Of a DNA stretch of 64,000 nt, positions 52,700 through 64,000 are shown piece after piece (positions within the stretch are counted from its first letter, which is position 1; every line of letters starts with the position of its first letter). A model generated the notes under the pieces. That model saw nothing but the letters and a program-made list of their open reading frames with translations. It had not been told where the DNA came from and searched no databases. The stretch is taken from NCBI GenBank assembly GCA_002269645.1, contig NIVC01003591.1, positions 35,559 to 99,558 on the forward strand. The letters are read 5' to 3'. This DNA comes from Macrostomum lignano (lineage: Eukaryota). Both the position numbers and the translations under genes were made by a program.

Positions 52700-55600
52700 A
52701 AAACTGATTGGGGTAGCTTTGATCCGCCCAACCCTCACACACCGCTCCCCCCACTTCATTCCTCAACTCAAGTCTGCAGCGGCGTTGCTAAGTTGCGTCA
52801 CTCGCAAAGATTGAGAGACTTTACCTGCACTCTCAGAAGTGGCGACCACAGACGGAATCACTTCCGTCTTCTGTGATGGCGACTTTTCGATGTTGCTGAG
52901 TTTATTGCGTGAATGTGCTAACGTTGGGTCAATCGATAAGGACTGGGCAGACGAGTGCCGATGGCAGTGCTATCGAGACGGGATCAGGCCGACTTTACCT
53001 CGTGCAGGACTTTGCAAAATCAAAGAGTAAGAATGCCTCTAGGAATATAAGCAACACGGTGGCCGCTATGCATGGTAAGTGGTCAGTTGGCTTTCAAGCC
53101 TCAGTCAACCTCTCTGGGGAAGTTCCTGTTGGCCAGTGGATTGCTGCTAACGCCGAGAACATCCAGGCTGATTGCTGATGGTAGCCTGCTTAGCACTAAA
53201 GGTGATGGAAGCCTCAACACTGAAGACCTGCTTGGATATCTGCAGTACACCAAGAAGGTGGGAGAGCTCCTTGATGCTGGTTACGAGACTAGCGCTGTCT
53301 GGGATTTTGATGAGGATTACCTCAAGCTCAGTCACAATTCCACAGGGAGCCACTGGGGTTGCGAGCCACCCCGGCTCTATCACAAGCATTTGCACGCACC
53401 AGCTAATAGAGTGCGCTTGCCCTAAAGCAGAGATCAGACTGCTGGCCCGCGGCCCGTGTGCCTCAGCTACAACGCCGTTGCTGGTTGCCAGAGAGCCTCC
53501 TGCTCTTACCGCCACATCTGCAAGGTGAAGGGCTGTGGGCGGCAGCATCCTGCCCAGCTGCTCCAGCAGCGGCCCTGATGACTCGCGGCCAATGCATAGG
53601 CTAAAACCAACCGAATCTTATAGTGCTTTTAATCCTCTGCGTCAAGCCACTTTTAACTCCTCTGGCTTCTGGGAGAAGCTGCTGCAGAACGACCCTGACA
53701 AGCAGTACTTGATGAATGGTATCGTTCGTGGCTTTCGTCTGGTTTATCATAAGCCACCAAATATTACTACTCTGAAAGATAAGTACGCATCCGCAAGCAA
53801 GAATGCCGCCAAGGTGGAAGCTCAGCTTCTAGAAGAGCTTCGGCTGGCCGCTACACCGGCCGTTACCCAGGAGCCTGTGATAGTGAACCCCATTGGTGCC
53901 TTGCCTAAAGCCAACGGGAAATTCACGATCTGTCTGCTCCGCTCGGCGACTCTGTTAATGACTAATACCAGCAGGAAAAAGGCATCCGTTTTGTCTCCGT
54001 TCGAGAATTCAAAAAGCATTTAAAGCCCGGTTCCTTCATGGCCAAAGTGGATCTGAAAGATGCCTACAGGTCCGTCGCCAGCAGTCCCAATGACCATCGT
54101 CTTACTGGCTTTAAGTGGCACTTTCTCGGCCAGGACTGCGAGAGTACGATGCTCGATACAAGGCTGCCTTTCGGTTCGCGCGCCTCCTGTGAGATTTTTC
54201 ATCAGCTTTCATCTGCGGTGAAGCGTTACATGGTGCGGTGCGGTTTTCACACCACCGTCAACTACCTGAACAATTGGACTGAGCGGGGCCCGGCTGGCCA
54301 ATGATTTTCTGACTAATCTACTGCAGTCGCTGGGATTTACTATTAACTGGGATTAGTCGACTCAACCTGTGCCTCAGTTGGTTTTTCTGGGCATAAGCAT
54401 CGATACGTGCAAGGGTACAATGAGTCTTTCTGCTGGCAAAGCCAGTGAGATCGACAACCTGCTGAGGGGCTGTGGCCGCATGCAGACCGTTCGCCTCAAG
54501 ACTATGCAGAAGCTGGTGGGGAAGCTCAGCTGGCTGTGCCAAATCAATGGCCAGCTGCGGCCTTTCCTGCGGCCGTTGATCACCTCCATGGATTGTGACC
54601 GCAAGGCCGGCTCCTTTGTGCTTACGTCCGAGCTGAAAATTCACCTGGATTGGTGGCGGAAAGCGCTGGCCTGCTTGCCGCCAAGTAGCCTATATGGCCA
54701 AACTACCAGCAGCTCGCAGCGATTGAGTCTGAGAGCTGCACCGAAGGTGCGGCAGGCATTCTGAGGACCTCAACTGTCACTGCCTGGGTCTACTTCAGCT
54801 GGCACAGAGACTTTAATGGCCAGTTTATGAATATACACATAAATTTCAAGGAAGCCATGGCTCCGCTGTTGACGGTTTTAAAGTTTCGCTCGACTGGTCG
54901 ATATCAAGGTTGGGGTGCGCTCTGATAGTACCGCCGCTGTCGGCATGATAAAGCGCCTGTCCTGCAGTTATCCCGATCTCCTTCTATCAAATTATGGCTT
55001 TGCTGTGCATTTGTGATGGTAGTTGTATTGAAGCTTATCACCTGCCGGGTATTATGCAAATTTTTAGTGACGCTGCGTCTCTTATGCTTTGTTCTCAATA
55101 TTTGCTTTCGTTTTCACGGTCATTTCTGCCTTTCGCTTGACAATTTTGCCATGCGCGCGCTCTTGGTGTCTTCTTCTTCTTCTTCTTCCATTTGGGCGCG
55201 CTCGGGCCGGGGCCCAGATGGCGCCCGCCTTCCCGAGGAGGTTCAACACCGCGACGCAGTTCTCGAAAACTGCCGCGGGCTCCGGGCTTGGCCACCCTCG
55301 GTGTCTTCTCGCGCCGCCCTCCGCTTTCAGGTCACCTCCGCTCTCGGGATGGGCCGCCCCAGAAGGCAGTCCCCGCTGATCTGCTCTGCTGTCTCGCCCT
55401 CGCAGAAAGCTCCTGGCGATCCTACTGAAGCCAATTCAAGGCCTGGTGTGCGTTCTGTGATCAGGCGGGCATCGGTCCGACCACCGCTAGCGAAAGAGAC
55501 CTTGTGCCAGTACGTGGTCCACATGGTGCAATCACGAATCAGCGCCTTCTCAGGCCTGCGGTCTTAACATCAATGCCATCTCAGTGCTCCACCAGCTGGC

Positions 55601-56390
55601 CGGCTCGCCAGACCCAGCTCGAGGGGCGGCCCGGTTGCAGTTCCTTTTGAGGGGCGCTCAGCGCTTCCTGAGGCTTCGGACCTGGCAGGATTGCCCACCG
55701 AGCCTGGCCACCTGCGGCGGCTGGTGGGCAACCCAAGGGCCCGGTGCGGCTTCGCCCCGAACCTGTGGTCTGCATTCTGCGCAGCCTTGCTGGTGGCCTG
55801 TGGGGGCTGATCCGAGTTGGCGACCTGCTGCCGGACTCTGGAGCTGCGCTCTAGCCATCTGTCCGGTTCCGGCTCCGTACTGGTGCTGCAGCTGCAGCGG
55901 TCCAAGACCAACCAGTTCGGCCAGCGTGTCCACACGGTGCAGCTGCCCTGTCTGGCCGGCGCTGCCTGGTGCCCTGTCAGAGCTGTCAGGGCTCACGGAG
56001 GCAGCGTTTGAAGCCTCGTCTGCTGGTTTCAACCCGACTGCTTTCTGTGGCCAAAGCCTGCCGTGCGGTGTGCCCAGCTTTTCCCTGCAGGCGGGGGTGG
56101 CCCTGCCTGGCATCATGGCCCTGGGTGTCTGGCGCTCTGACTGTGTGGGGCGCTACTTCAGTTGACCGTGCCTCTGAGGCCCGCAAGTGTCGGGCGGTTG
56201 ATCAGCTGGTGTCGCATGGGTAATTCCCCCTCTCTTCTCTGACTGTCTTGTCCTGTTTGGGATTGGGAGTTCGCCTGCTGCTCCCCCCCTCCCCTATGCT
56301 TCTTTGCGCTGTTGCCGCCTCTTGCTCGCCAAACGCCGCTTTGTTTGCCTCTTTGCTTGTCCATCCTCACGGTTAAATGCACAAAATTTG
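52700..56390 (+). mobile_element. Decayed DIRS-order (Ngaro-like) retrotransposon: gag-like, RT, RNase H, tyrosine recombinase
   Basis: CLSYN..GC..SCSYRHIC..C..H knuckle; AKVDLKDAYR, RLPFGSRAS, YLNN in place of YxDD, FLGISID, KLVGKLSW; HINFKE and VRSDST RNase H motifs; RSKTNQFG and LGVWRSDCVGRY recombinase motifs; multiple frameshifts. Confidence 0.9.
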
Positions 56391-56399
56391 AAAAAATGG

Positions 56400-56705
56400 G
56401 CTTTTCGCCAACCCCCAAGGCACAAGGACTGTACATGCCTGAGGATTAGAAAGTCAGGGCTGCTGTACATCCTGGGTGAGCGTGTGTGTGAGTGCTGTGC
56501 CTGCGTACAGTATTGGCGCGCTCGCATGTGCTCAGGAGTCGGCGGAATGGGCGGAATTGCCGTCAGCGCTGGTTGTGAGACGATGTCGCCAAAGACGTTG
56601 CACCAGGGTCCCTGCGAACATTCACTTTATCAGGCATTTCTGTACTTTGTTAGAATATTCAGTTGACTAGCAACTGGTCTCACAATTTTACTTGCAGCTG
56701 AATTG
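56400..56705 (+). mobile_element. SINE family 2, headless copy
   Basis: Paralog of 47285-47610. Confidence 0.65.
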
Positions 56706-57649
56706 ATTGATCACTAAAAACCAGCTCAAACTACTTCAAGTAACAAGCCCAGTTCTTATCAAAGCCTTTGATGCCCCAATTTAAACGCGTAGCATCATAT
56801 TTTTTATTTTAATTTTCCTTCTGTTCTCTCTTTATCTTTTACACTTTTAACTTTCTAACTTTTTAAAACTCGGTACTACTTTACGAAATGACCCGAGAAG
56901 GCCCGGGCCGCCAGAGACGAGCAGAATGCACCGTTGACGGGGAAGGACAGGGAGTAATGCGAAAGACAGAAGCCTAGGAAAGGGGAGGCCGCGTCTGGCT
57001 CAACCAATGCGCTAAAACCCTCTTCAGCCACCCCCGAGAGCAGAGCCAACCACCCTAGCAACTGGCTGGTTTGATGCTCCTGGGCTACACTTTTTCAGGA
57101 GCTGCGTCCCCACTCTGAACACTGCGAATGAGGGCTGTTGTGAAGGCCTCAAAAGAGAGTCTTTTTCAGAATATTATAGAAGTAGGATCGGAGCGCAGAA
57201 TCTGCTCCGTTCCGTCCCAGGGTCGAAATCTCCTTTGGCTTTGCAATCGCGGCTCAGATCCACTTGAAGCACTTGATTTTACTGCAGGTGGGAACCGAGG
57301 TCATTGATTCGGTCAGAATTGAGTTATGGCGTCTGAGAGTGCAAGCCGACTGCAGACCCGGCACGAGAGTTAGTGAGAAAGGGTCAAAAGAGCACGCTAG
57401 GCATGTCTTCTTAGCATGTTAGAAATCCATGTTGAGAGAAAGCCGCTGTGAAGAAACGCAAGGACGCCAAAACAAAGACTATAGCCAGCAGCATACTAGG
57501 ATAAAACCAATACAGAAATTTTTTTATTATTTCCATATTAAAGTAAGCAAGGGGGTCGGCAAACTCCGGCGAGCGGGCCACATGCGGCCCTTTAAAACTG
57601 CACAATAGCAATCCTGCATGCTCAAGTTTTGTCTCTTCTCAGTTCTCTT

Positions 57650-59030
57650 TCTCTTCTCTCCCTTCTTCTCGTTCAGTCTCCTCTCTCCCTGTCTCTCTTC
57701 TTGCCTCTCCCTGTCTCTCCTCTCCTCTCTCCCTGTCTCTCCTCTTGCCTCTCCCTGTCTCTCCTCTCCTCTCTCCCTGTCTCTCCTCTTGTCTCTCCCT
57801 GTCTCTCCTCTCCCCTCTCCCTGTCTCTCCTCTCCCCTCTCCCTGTCTCTCCTCTTGCCTCTCCCTGTCTCTCCTCTTGCCTCTCCCTGTCTCTCCTCTC
57901 CTCTCTCCCTGTCTCTCCTCTCCTCTCTCCCTGTCTCTCCTCTTGCCTCTCCCTGGATCTCCTCTCCTCTCTCCCTGTCTCTCCTCTTGCCTCTCCCTGT
58001 CTCTCCTCTTGTCTCTCCCTGTCTCTCCTCTTGTCTCTCCCTGTCTCTCCTCTCCCCTCTCCCTGTCTCTCCTCTCCCCTCTCCCTGTCTCTCCTCTCCT
58101 CTCTCCCTGTCTCTCCTCTCCCCTCTCCCTGTCTCTCCTCTCCTCTCTCCCTGTCTCTCCTCTTGCCTCTCCCTGTCTCTCCTCTCCTCTCTCCCTGTCT
58201 CTCCTCTTGCCTCTCCCTGTCTCTCCTCTCCTCTCTCCCTGTCTCTCCTCTTGCCTCTCCCTGTCTCTCCTCTTGTCTCTCCCTGTCTCTCCTCTTGCCT
58301 CTCCCTGTCTCTCCTCTCCTCTCTCCCTGTCTCTCCTCTTGCCTCTCCCTGTCTCTCCTCTTGTCTCTCCCTGTCTCTCCTCTTGTCTCTCCCTGTCTCT
58401 CCTCTCCCCTCTCCCTGTCTCTCCTCTCCCCTCTCCCTGTCTCTCCTCTCCTCTCTCCCTGTCTCTCCTCTCCCCTCTCCCTGTCTCTCCTCTCCTCTCT
58501 CCCTGTCTCTCCTCTTGCCTCTCCCTGTCTCTCCTCTCCTCTCTCCCTGTCTCTCCTCTTGCCTCTCCCTGTCTCTCCTCTCCTCTCTCCCTGTCTCTCC
58601 TCTTGCCTCTCCCTGTCTCTCCTCTTGTCTCTCCCTGTCTCTCCTCTTGCCTCTCCCTGTCTCTCCTCTCCCCTCTCCCTGTCTCTCCTCTTGTCTCTCC
58701 CTGTCTCTCCTCTCCTCTCTCCCTGTCTCTCCTCTCCCCTCTCCCTGTCTCTCCTCTTGCCTCTCCCTGTCTCTCCTCTTGCCTCTCCCTGTCTCTCCTC
58801 TTGTCTCTCCCTGTCTCTCCTCTTGTCTCTCCCTGTCTCTCCTCTTGCCTCTCCCTGTCTCTCCTCTTGTCTCTCCCTGTCTCTCCTCTCCCCTCTCCCT
58901 GTCTCTCCTCTCCCCTCTCCCTGTCTCTCCTCTCCTCTCTCCCTGTCTCTCCTCTCCTCTCTCCCTGTCTCTCCTCTCCTCTCTCCCTGTCTCTCCTCTT
59001 GCCTCTCCCTGGATCTCCTCTCCTCTTCCC
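57650..59030. repeat. 22-23-bp CT-rich minisatellite, long version
   Basis: Same unit and flanks as 48590-48925. Confidence 0.95.
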
Positions 59031-60086
59031 TCTTCTATCCCCTCTATCTTTTCTCTTATCTCCTATTTAATCTCTCATATTCTATTTCCTATCCTTTCCA
59101 CTCTCATCTGACCGGGAGCCATGAGATTGCTTTGAGGTACGAGTAAAATATTTTTTAACCCCCGAATCAAGCCCAGTGTCATGTGTTACAGCAGTCTCTG
59201 CTTATTTCATTAAACAATCTTTTTTGTCTAAAATCTGAGCAGCCATGCTCATGAAGTTAAACAGTTGATCTGCATTGAACAGAAAAAAATTCATATGATC
59301 GCTGTGAAAAATGAAAACTTTCCATTCCAATAGTGTTTTCGCTTAAAGCCCAACTTGAAATTCAATGTATTCTTTTAAGAAGCGAATCTTCCTGTCCTTC
59401 TACAAGTATCTGACATCTAACGTGTACTGATGTAGTTTACTGCTATACCAACCCGCACATAGTTGTAGGCGTCACACTAAATGGATTACCATTTTGAATT
59501 ATGCACGATGATCTTCAATATCGATTTTTACTTAGTTCCGATAGCAAAGCTATTAGTAAAGGAACATGGAGCAGCTACATAGATAAAACAAAATTGAAAA
59601 ACTGCAGTGCGAAGTACACGCGGAAAATTCGCGGAACAGAGGCAGTTCTCGTGCAAAACGATAGCGAATCAGGATCAGAATACGCAATGGCAGTATAATG
59701 TAAAGTCAGCTTTAGTCCTACAAGATTGGGAACAAATTAGGCAGAAAAAAGTTACATGCATTTTTTTTCAAATATTCAATCAAGATTTTAAAAAATTAGT
59801 GTTAAAGATCAAATTCAATCTACGATAATAGATAGAGTAGTATGCAGTGAAGTATTGTAGACTGAATATTTTAAGATACGCGAATAAAGTGATAGCATGG
59901 GCATTATGTTAAGATTTATGTTTAAATTACCAACGTACAACCGTGGTTGAAAACAAGCCGAACAGGTGTTAAAATATCAGCGCCGTAGAGCAAAATTTCT
60001 AATAGAACAGCAATGAAGTTTGCCAACAATATCCTCAATTATTGATGGTTCTTTGCGACTTTCGGTTTCTGTCCAGCGCAGTAAAG

Positions 60087-60848
60087 TTAGAACACGGACA
60101 GGCACTCGCAGAGGTACTTCCGGCTGTAGGAGCATTGGGAATCATCGACGCCGATCTTGTGATTGGCGTGGACAGCCGCGCAGCCCTGATCCGGCAATCC
60201 TTTGTTCGGCCTCTCGGGCTCCCAGACGTCGGTCCGGATGCTCTCGTTGCAGGCGTCCCAGATCCAGCCTTCCGTCTTGGTCGCAGAGCCCGGAATCTGG
60301 TGGCCACCCAGAAATAAAGTCTTTACAGGGCTGTTCGACACGTTTTTTATCCACATCAGGTGATGCGACTCGTCGGAGTCCAGAGCGTCCGCGAACTTCG
60401 ACAGTCCGGCCTCCTGGCCGCACCGGGAGAGAGCGTCAGCCCAGTTGGTCACCAGTGAGGCCGACACCTTGTATGAGGATCCGAACTGAGAGTAGTCGTA
60501 TCCGGGTGGGCACAGGCGACCCGGAGCTACTCCAGGTAGCGATCTCACGTACACGGTTACTCGGTGAGTGCAGTTGGCCTCTGACTGCACTCGGTGGCTG
60601 CACTTGTCGAACAGGAACAGCTTGCAGAGGCAGTCGCCATCCGGCAGCGAGAAGGCCCGGCAGTTCGGCATCTTGGCGCAGTGCAGGCTGCAGGACTGCG
60701 GATCGCACGAGCCCCACACGGTGTGGGTGAAGCTGGACGTCACGCAGTCAGCGCCAGAGATCGGGTGGAAAGTCGCTTTCGGAGAGTCGCAAGTTGCACC
60801 GCAACTAATTTTGAGACTCAGAAGCAGAAACAGCAGTGGTCGCAGCAT
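60087..60848 (-). CDS. Secreted PAN/apple + C-type lectin domain protein, copy 3 (253 aa, intronless)
   Basis: 233/253 aa identical to copy 2; same motifs. Confidence 0.88.
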   Translation of the reverse strand: MLRPLLFLLLSLKISCGATCDSPKATFHPISGADCVTSSFTHTVWGSCDPQSCSLHCAKMPNCRAFSLPDGDCLCKLFLFDKCSHRVQSEANCTHRVTVYVRSLPGVAPGRLCPPGYDYSQFGSSYKVSASLVTNWADALSRCGQEAGLSKFADALDSDESHHLMWIKNVSNSPVKTLFLGGHQIPGSATKTEGWIWDACNESIRTDVWEPERPNKGLPDQGCAAVHANHKIGVDDSQCSYSRKYLCECLSVF

Positions 60849-60949
60849 TTTGGTTGTCTACAGAGTGTGATAAGTTGTACAACTTGATATTCTACGAAAT
60901 CAGCGTATACCTTTTTACAGTAAATTCAGTGTTAGATCTGAGTATCAAG

Positions 60950-61190
60950 TCTCCTGAGCATCAAATCTCTTGAGCATCAACTCTCTTGAGCATCAACTCT
61001 CTTGAGCATCAACTCTCCTGAGCATCAACTCTCCTGAGCATCAACTCTCCTGAGCATCAACTCTTCTTGAGCATCAACTCTCCTGAGCATCAACTCTCTT
61101 GAGCATCAACTTTCTTGAGCATCAACTCTTTTGAGCATCAACTTTCGTGAGCATCAACTTTCGTGAGCATCAACTTTTTTGAGCATCAAC
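60950..61190. repeat. 16-bp minisatellite (gagcatcaactctcct) upstream of lectin copy 3
   Basis: Direct reading; not present upstream of copies 1 and 2. Confidence 0.9.
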
Positions 61191-61593
61191 TCACCTGCCA
61201 AGCAATATTCCAGTCAGGGAAATCAACGCGTGAGTTGTGTGCTTTTGTCTTTCGGGAAGTCTATGAGACTTTAAATCGGTTTCCTGTTTTATGCGGACGT
61301 GTTTGCATAACACATGTTAGCACTGAGTCTGAAACCGTGCTTATCTTTTACGCCATCCCAGCGTGGGGGATTCTACTAGTATTACACTCGCATTTTTCCC
61401 CAAAGCTCAAATAAAATGGCTGGTGCAAAAGCCTACAGAAGCCAGTGAGAGCAAATGGATGATTTTTTACAAACTCTAAAAAGGTAACGCTAGCCAGGGA
61501 ATACTCTACATGTGGAAGTGACACTCCCCGATTCAGGCCTCTCTGGTCCGACCAACCCGGGCCAAGGTTTTTTAGAAGGAAAAATAGCATGAC

Positions 61594-63116
61594 TTGAAAA
61601 ACTTTTTGTTTGGAGGCATGGGGGGTTTCAAACACTGTCTTGCTTTCCTCATCAAGTCAATCGGAGGAGCGTACCAAGATGTCGCCAGCCTTTCTCCTGT
61701 CAATCGTCTAACAGCAGAGGATCTGAGCAGCAGGGCAGAGCGCATTATTGAGATTGTGACAGCCAGCGGCTTTGAAGTCGTCGCTGTGTCGTGCGACAAT
61801 GCCCCAGTGAACAGAAAGTTTTTTTCGCTGAATGCTGCTCATGAAGATGGCCTCACTATGCGGCATCCTTCAGATTCCCAAAAAGAGATTTTTCTGCTGA
61901 TGGATTCGAGTCATAACATTAAGAACGTTTATAATAATTTTCAGAAGCGCAGGGAGTTTCATATCCCAACATCTGACTATAGTAGTACTGTCGTGGCAAG
62001 ATTTGGTGGTGATATTAAAGCCGTCTTCGAGCTAGAGAAGAATCAATCATCAAGGATTCCATTCAAACTAACAGAGAAGGATCTGCGCCCGCTGAATGTT
62101 GAAAGAACTAGCACTTGTATGGCTGCTGCTGTATTTGATGAGGCCACAATTTCAGCATTTAAATTCTATTCCGACACTAAGTCAAGAAATTGACACTACA
62201 ACATTCAACAGTACAGCAGAATTTCTCGCAAAAATCAAGCAGTTATTGAGCATTTTGAATGTTCGAACACCTGTCGCTGGTCAGCAGCTAAGAAAGCCAG
62301 AATGCGCGCCGATTACAAGCGAAGAGAACTGGCAGCTTGAACACCTACTAGCATTCACCGAATTTCTAAAAAAGTGGCGCTCAGCTGCAGCAGGCAAGAA
62401 CTGCTTGACGAATGAAACCTTCGGTAGCCTCATTCAGACGTGTTCTGCTATTCCGAAATTGTGCTCGACTACTCGCTACTGGGCATTTTCAGTATGTTTT
62501 GCTTGGAAAGTTCCTTTCGGATCCCATCGAGAGGCAATTCGGAAGGTACCGACAGATGTCAGGTGGTCTATACTACATCAGCTCGAAACAGATTATTCAA
62601 TCTGAAAATAAGATCAGAGTGACGTCGCTCTCGAAGCACTCTAAGATGGACCTCAGCCGACTGAAGAAGTCATTCGCGAGGGACTTTAAACAGGAGGACA
62701 CGGACACTAGTCTCAGAGCAGCGAAATTGTTTAAAAGCATTCCGGATGAGCATTGCCTGGCTTTGAGACGTAACGAATCAGGCTGCCTGAATGTCATGTT
62801 TTACATCGCAGGATACCTGTCAAAGTCCATTGGTAAACGCTGTCATGGGTGTCGCCAATTTCTGGTCATCGAGAACAACTTTCCAGCACTGAAAATCCCA
62901 ACTGAAAACCAGCCAGATCATCAGTTCCTGGTACGTCAAGTCAATCGAGGAGGACTTTGCTGCCCTTCTGATGCTTCATTCACTATCTGCGTGACAGCAT
63001 TCAACATCTTCGAGAACGTTAAGAGCTCCAACACTCTGCCAAAGGAATTTCTGAACAATCGACCGCATCAAACGTTTTGCCAGGCTGCTAATCGTCAAAA
63101 TGCAAAGCTCAGCTGA
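61594..63116 (+). mobile_element. Degenerate P-element/THAP9-type transposase (5'-truncated, two frameshifts)
   Basis: VSCDNAPVNRK, DSSHNIKNVYNNF, KLTEKDLRP, FLSDPIERQFGRYRQMSGG match P-transposase core motifs across three frames. Confidence 0.82.
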
Positions 63117-64000
63117 CTTTTCGACGCAAGGTGTTAGTCCAGGAAAAACTGAGTCAAGTCATGTTTGCAAGCGAAGGAGAATAGATACTGTGACGTTGTC
63201 AGATGAGGTGGCCCCGACAAAGGCCGTTTTAGCGAAAGCAGTGCCATTCTTATAATATTGTTAATTTGATGATCTCGTACTCTAACGTCTGCTTATAGTA
63301 ATGCCCAAGGAATTTTAACAACATTGCGTGACGTTCGTAAAGCCTATGTACAATGCGATCGATAATTTCTGTTTTCAAAGTTGGTTTTCGCGCCGGCCAA
63401 TAGGAAAGCCGCGCATATATTATGCTAGCCTGAAATTAATTTTTTGTCCTGCACCCACCACCAGCCCGCTCGTTATCAGTCCTGTCTGGCTGGGGCGCCC
63501 GGGGTTAGGCTTTTTCTTTTCTCCTCCGGCTGCTCTTCGTCCCTCTCCCTCGCTCGCTCCGCCACAGTTCTAAGCCACGCCTCTGCCAATTCTCGATCAC
63601 GCCACCGCCACCGTTCGTACGGGGTTCTTGCCACGAGTACCGCAACCATACGATCACTGCCTTTCCATCTCCGCCATTGCCTCAGGCTCATCAACTCGCT
63701 CTATCATCTATCTTATTGTTGCGCAGCCGCCCAGTGCATTCCTTACGGATTCAGCAAATACTCAGGCCCATCTCTATTGACTACATACCCAGACGGAATT
63801 GATAACAAACGAGCCCAAACTATCCGCCCATACGGGTACAATAAATGAGAACTACGGCCATTGCCGCATCATTCGTCAATATCACCGAGTGCTACCGCTA
63901 CACAATTTGCCTCTGTGTATTCGCCTTCGTTAATTATTTGATCCTGAGTCTGCCATTTAATCGTCACAATACGAACAGAACCATACCGAAGTGACGAAAC

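Noticed and set aside
57618-59146. ~500-aa Ser/Leu/Pro ORFs (also 48572-49041, 3293-4015, 22437-22745, 39645-40541)
   Set aside because: Translations of micro/minisatellites.

Overview
Eukaryotic (animal) genomic DNA. GC-rich exons, GT-AG introns packed with micro/minisatellites, and the codon style resemble the flatworm Macrostomum lignano (inference, not verified). Recognisable genes: calpain-7 (6 exons, +), mitochondrial ribosomal protein L19 (3 exons, +), a secreted PAN + fibrinogen-C protein (4 exons, +), a GLUT/SLC2A sugar transporter (6 exons, -), and a tandem array of three intronless PAN + C-type-lectin genes (-; two intact, one frameshifted). Three or four low-complexity orphan ORFs lie at 12.8-26.6 kb. 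Mobile DNA includes a CORE-type tRNA SINE, a second multi-copy tRNA-headed SINE family, a hAT MITE with TSD, a CACTA-like MITE, two decayed DIRS/Ngaro-like tyrosine-recombinase retroelements inside the lectin repeat units, and a decayed P-element-type transposase. Best leads: (1) a mosaic, diversifying lectin array; (2) a possible de novo 54-nt intron that would rescue the frameshifted lectin copy; (3) four genes that each lack exactly one base at a G/C run, most likely long-read assembly error; (4) a MIR-like CORE SINE in an apparent flatworm. No CRISPR, rRNA or true tRNA genes were found. All alignments were done by eye, and repeat boundaries are approximate.
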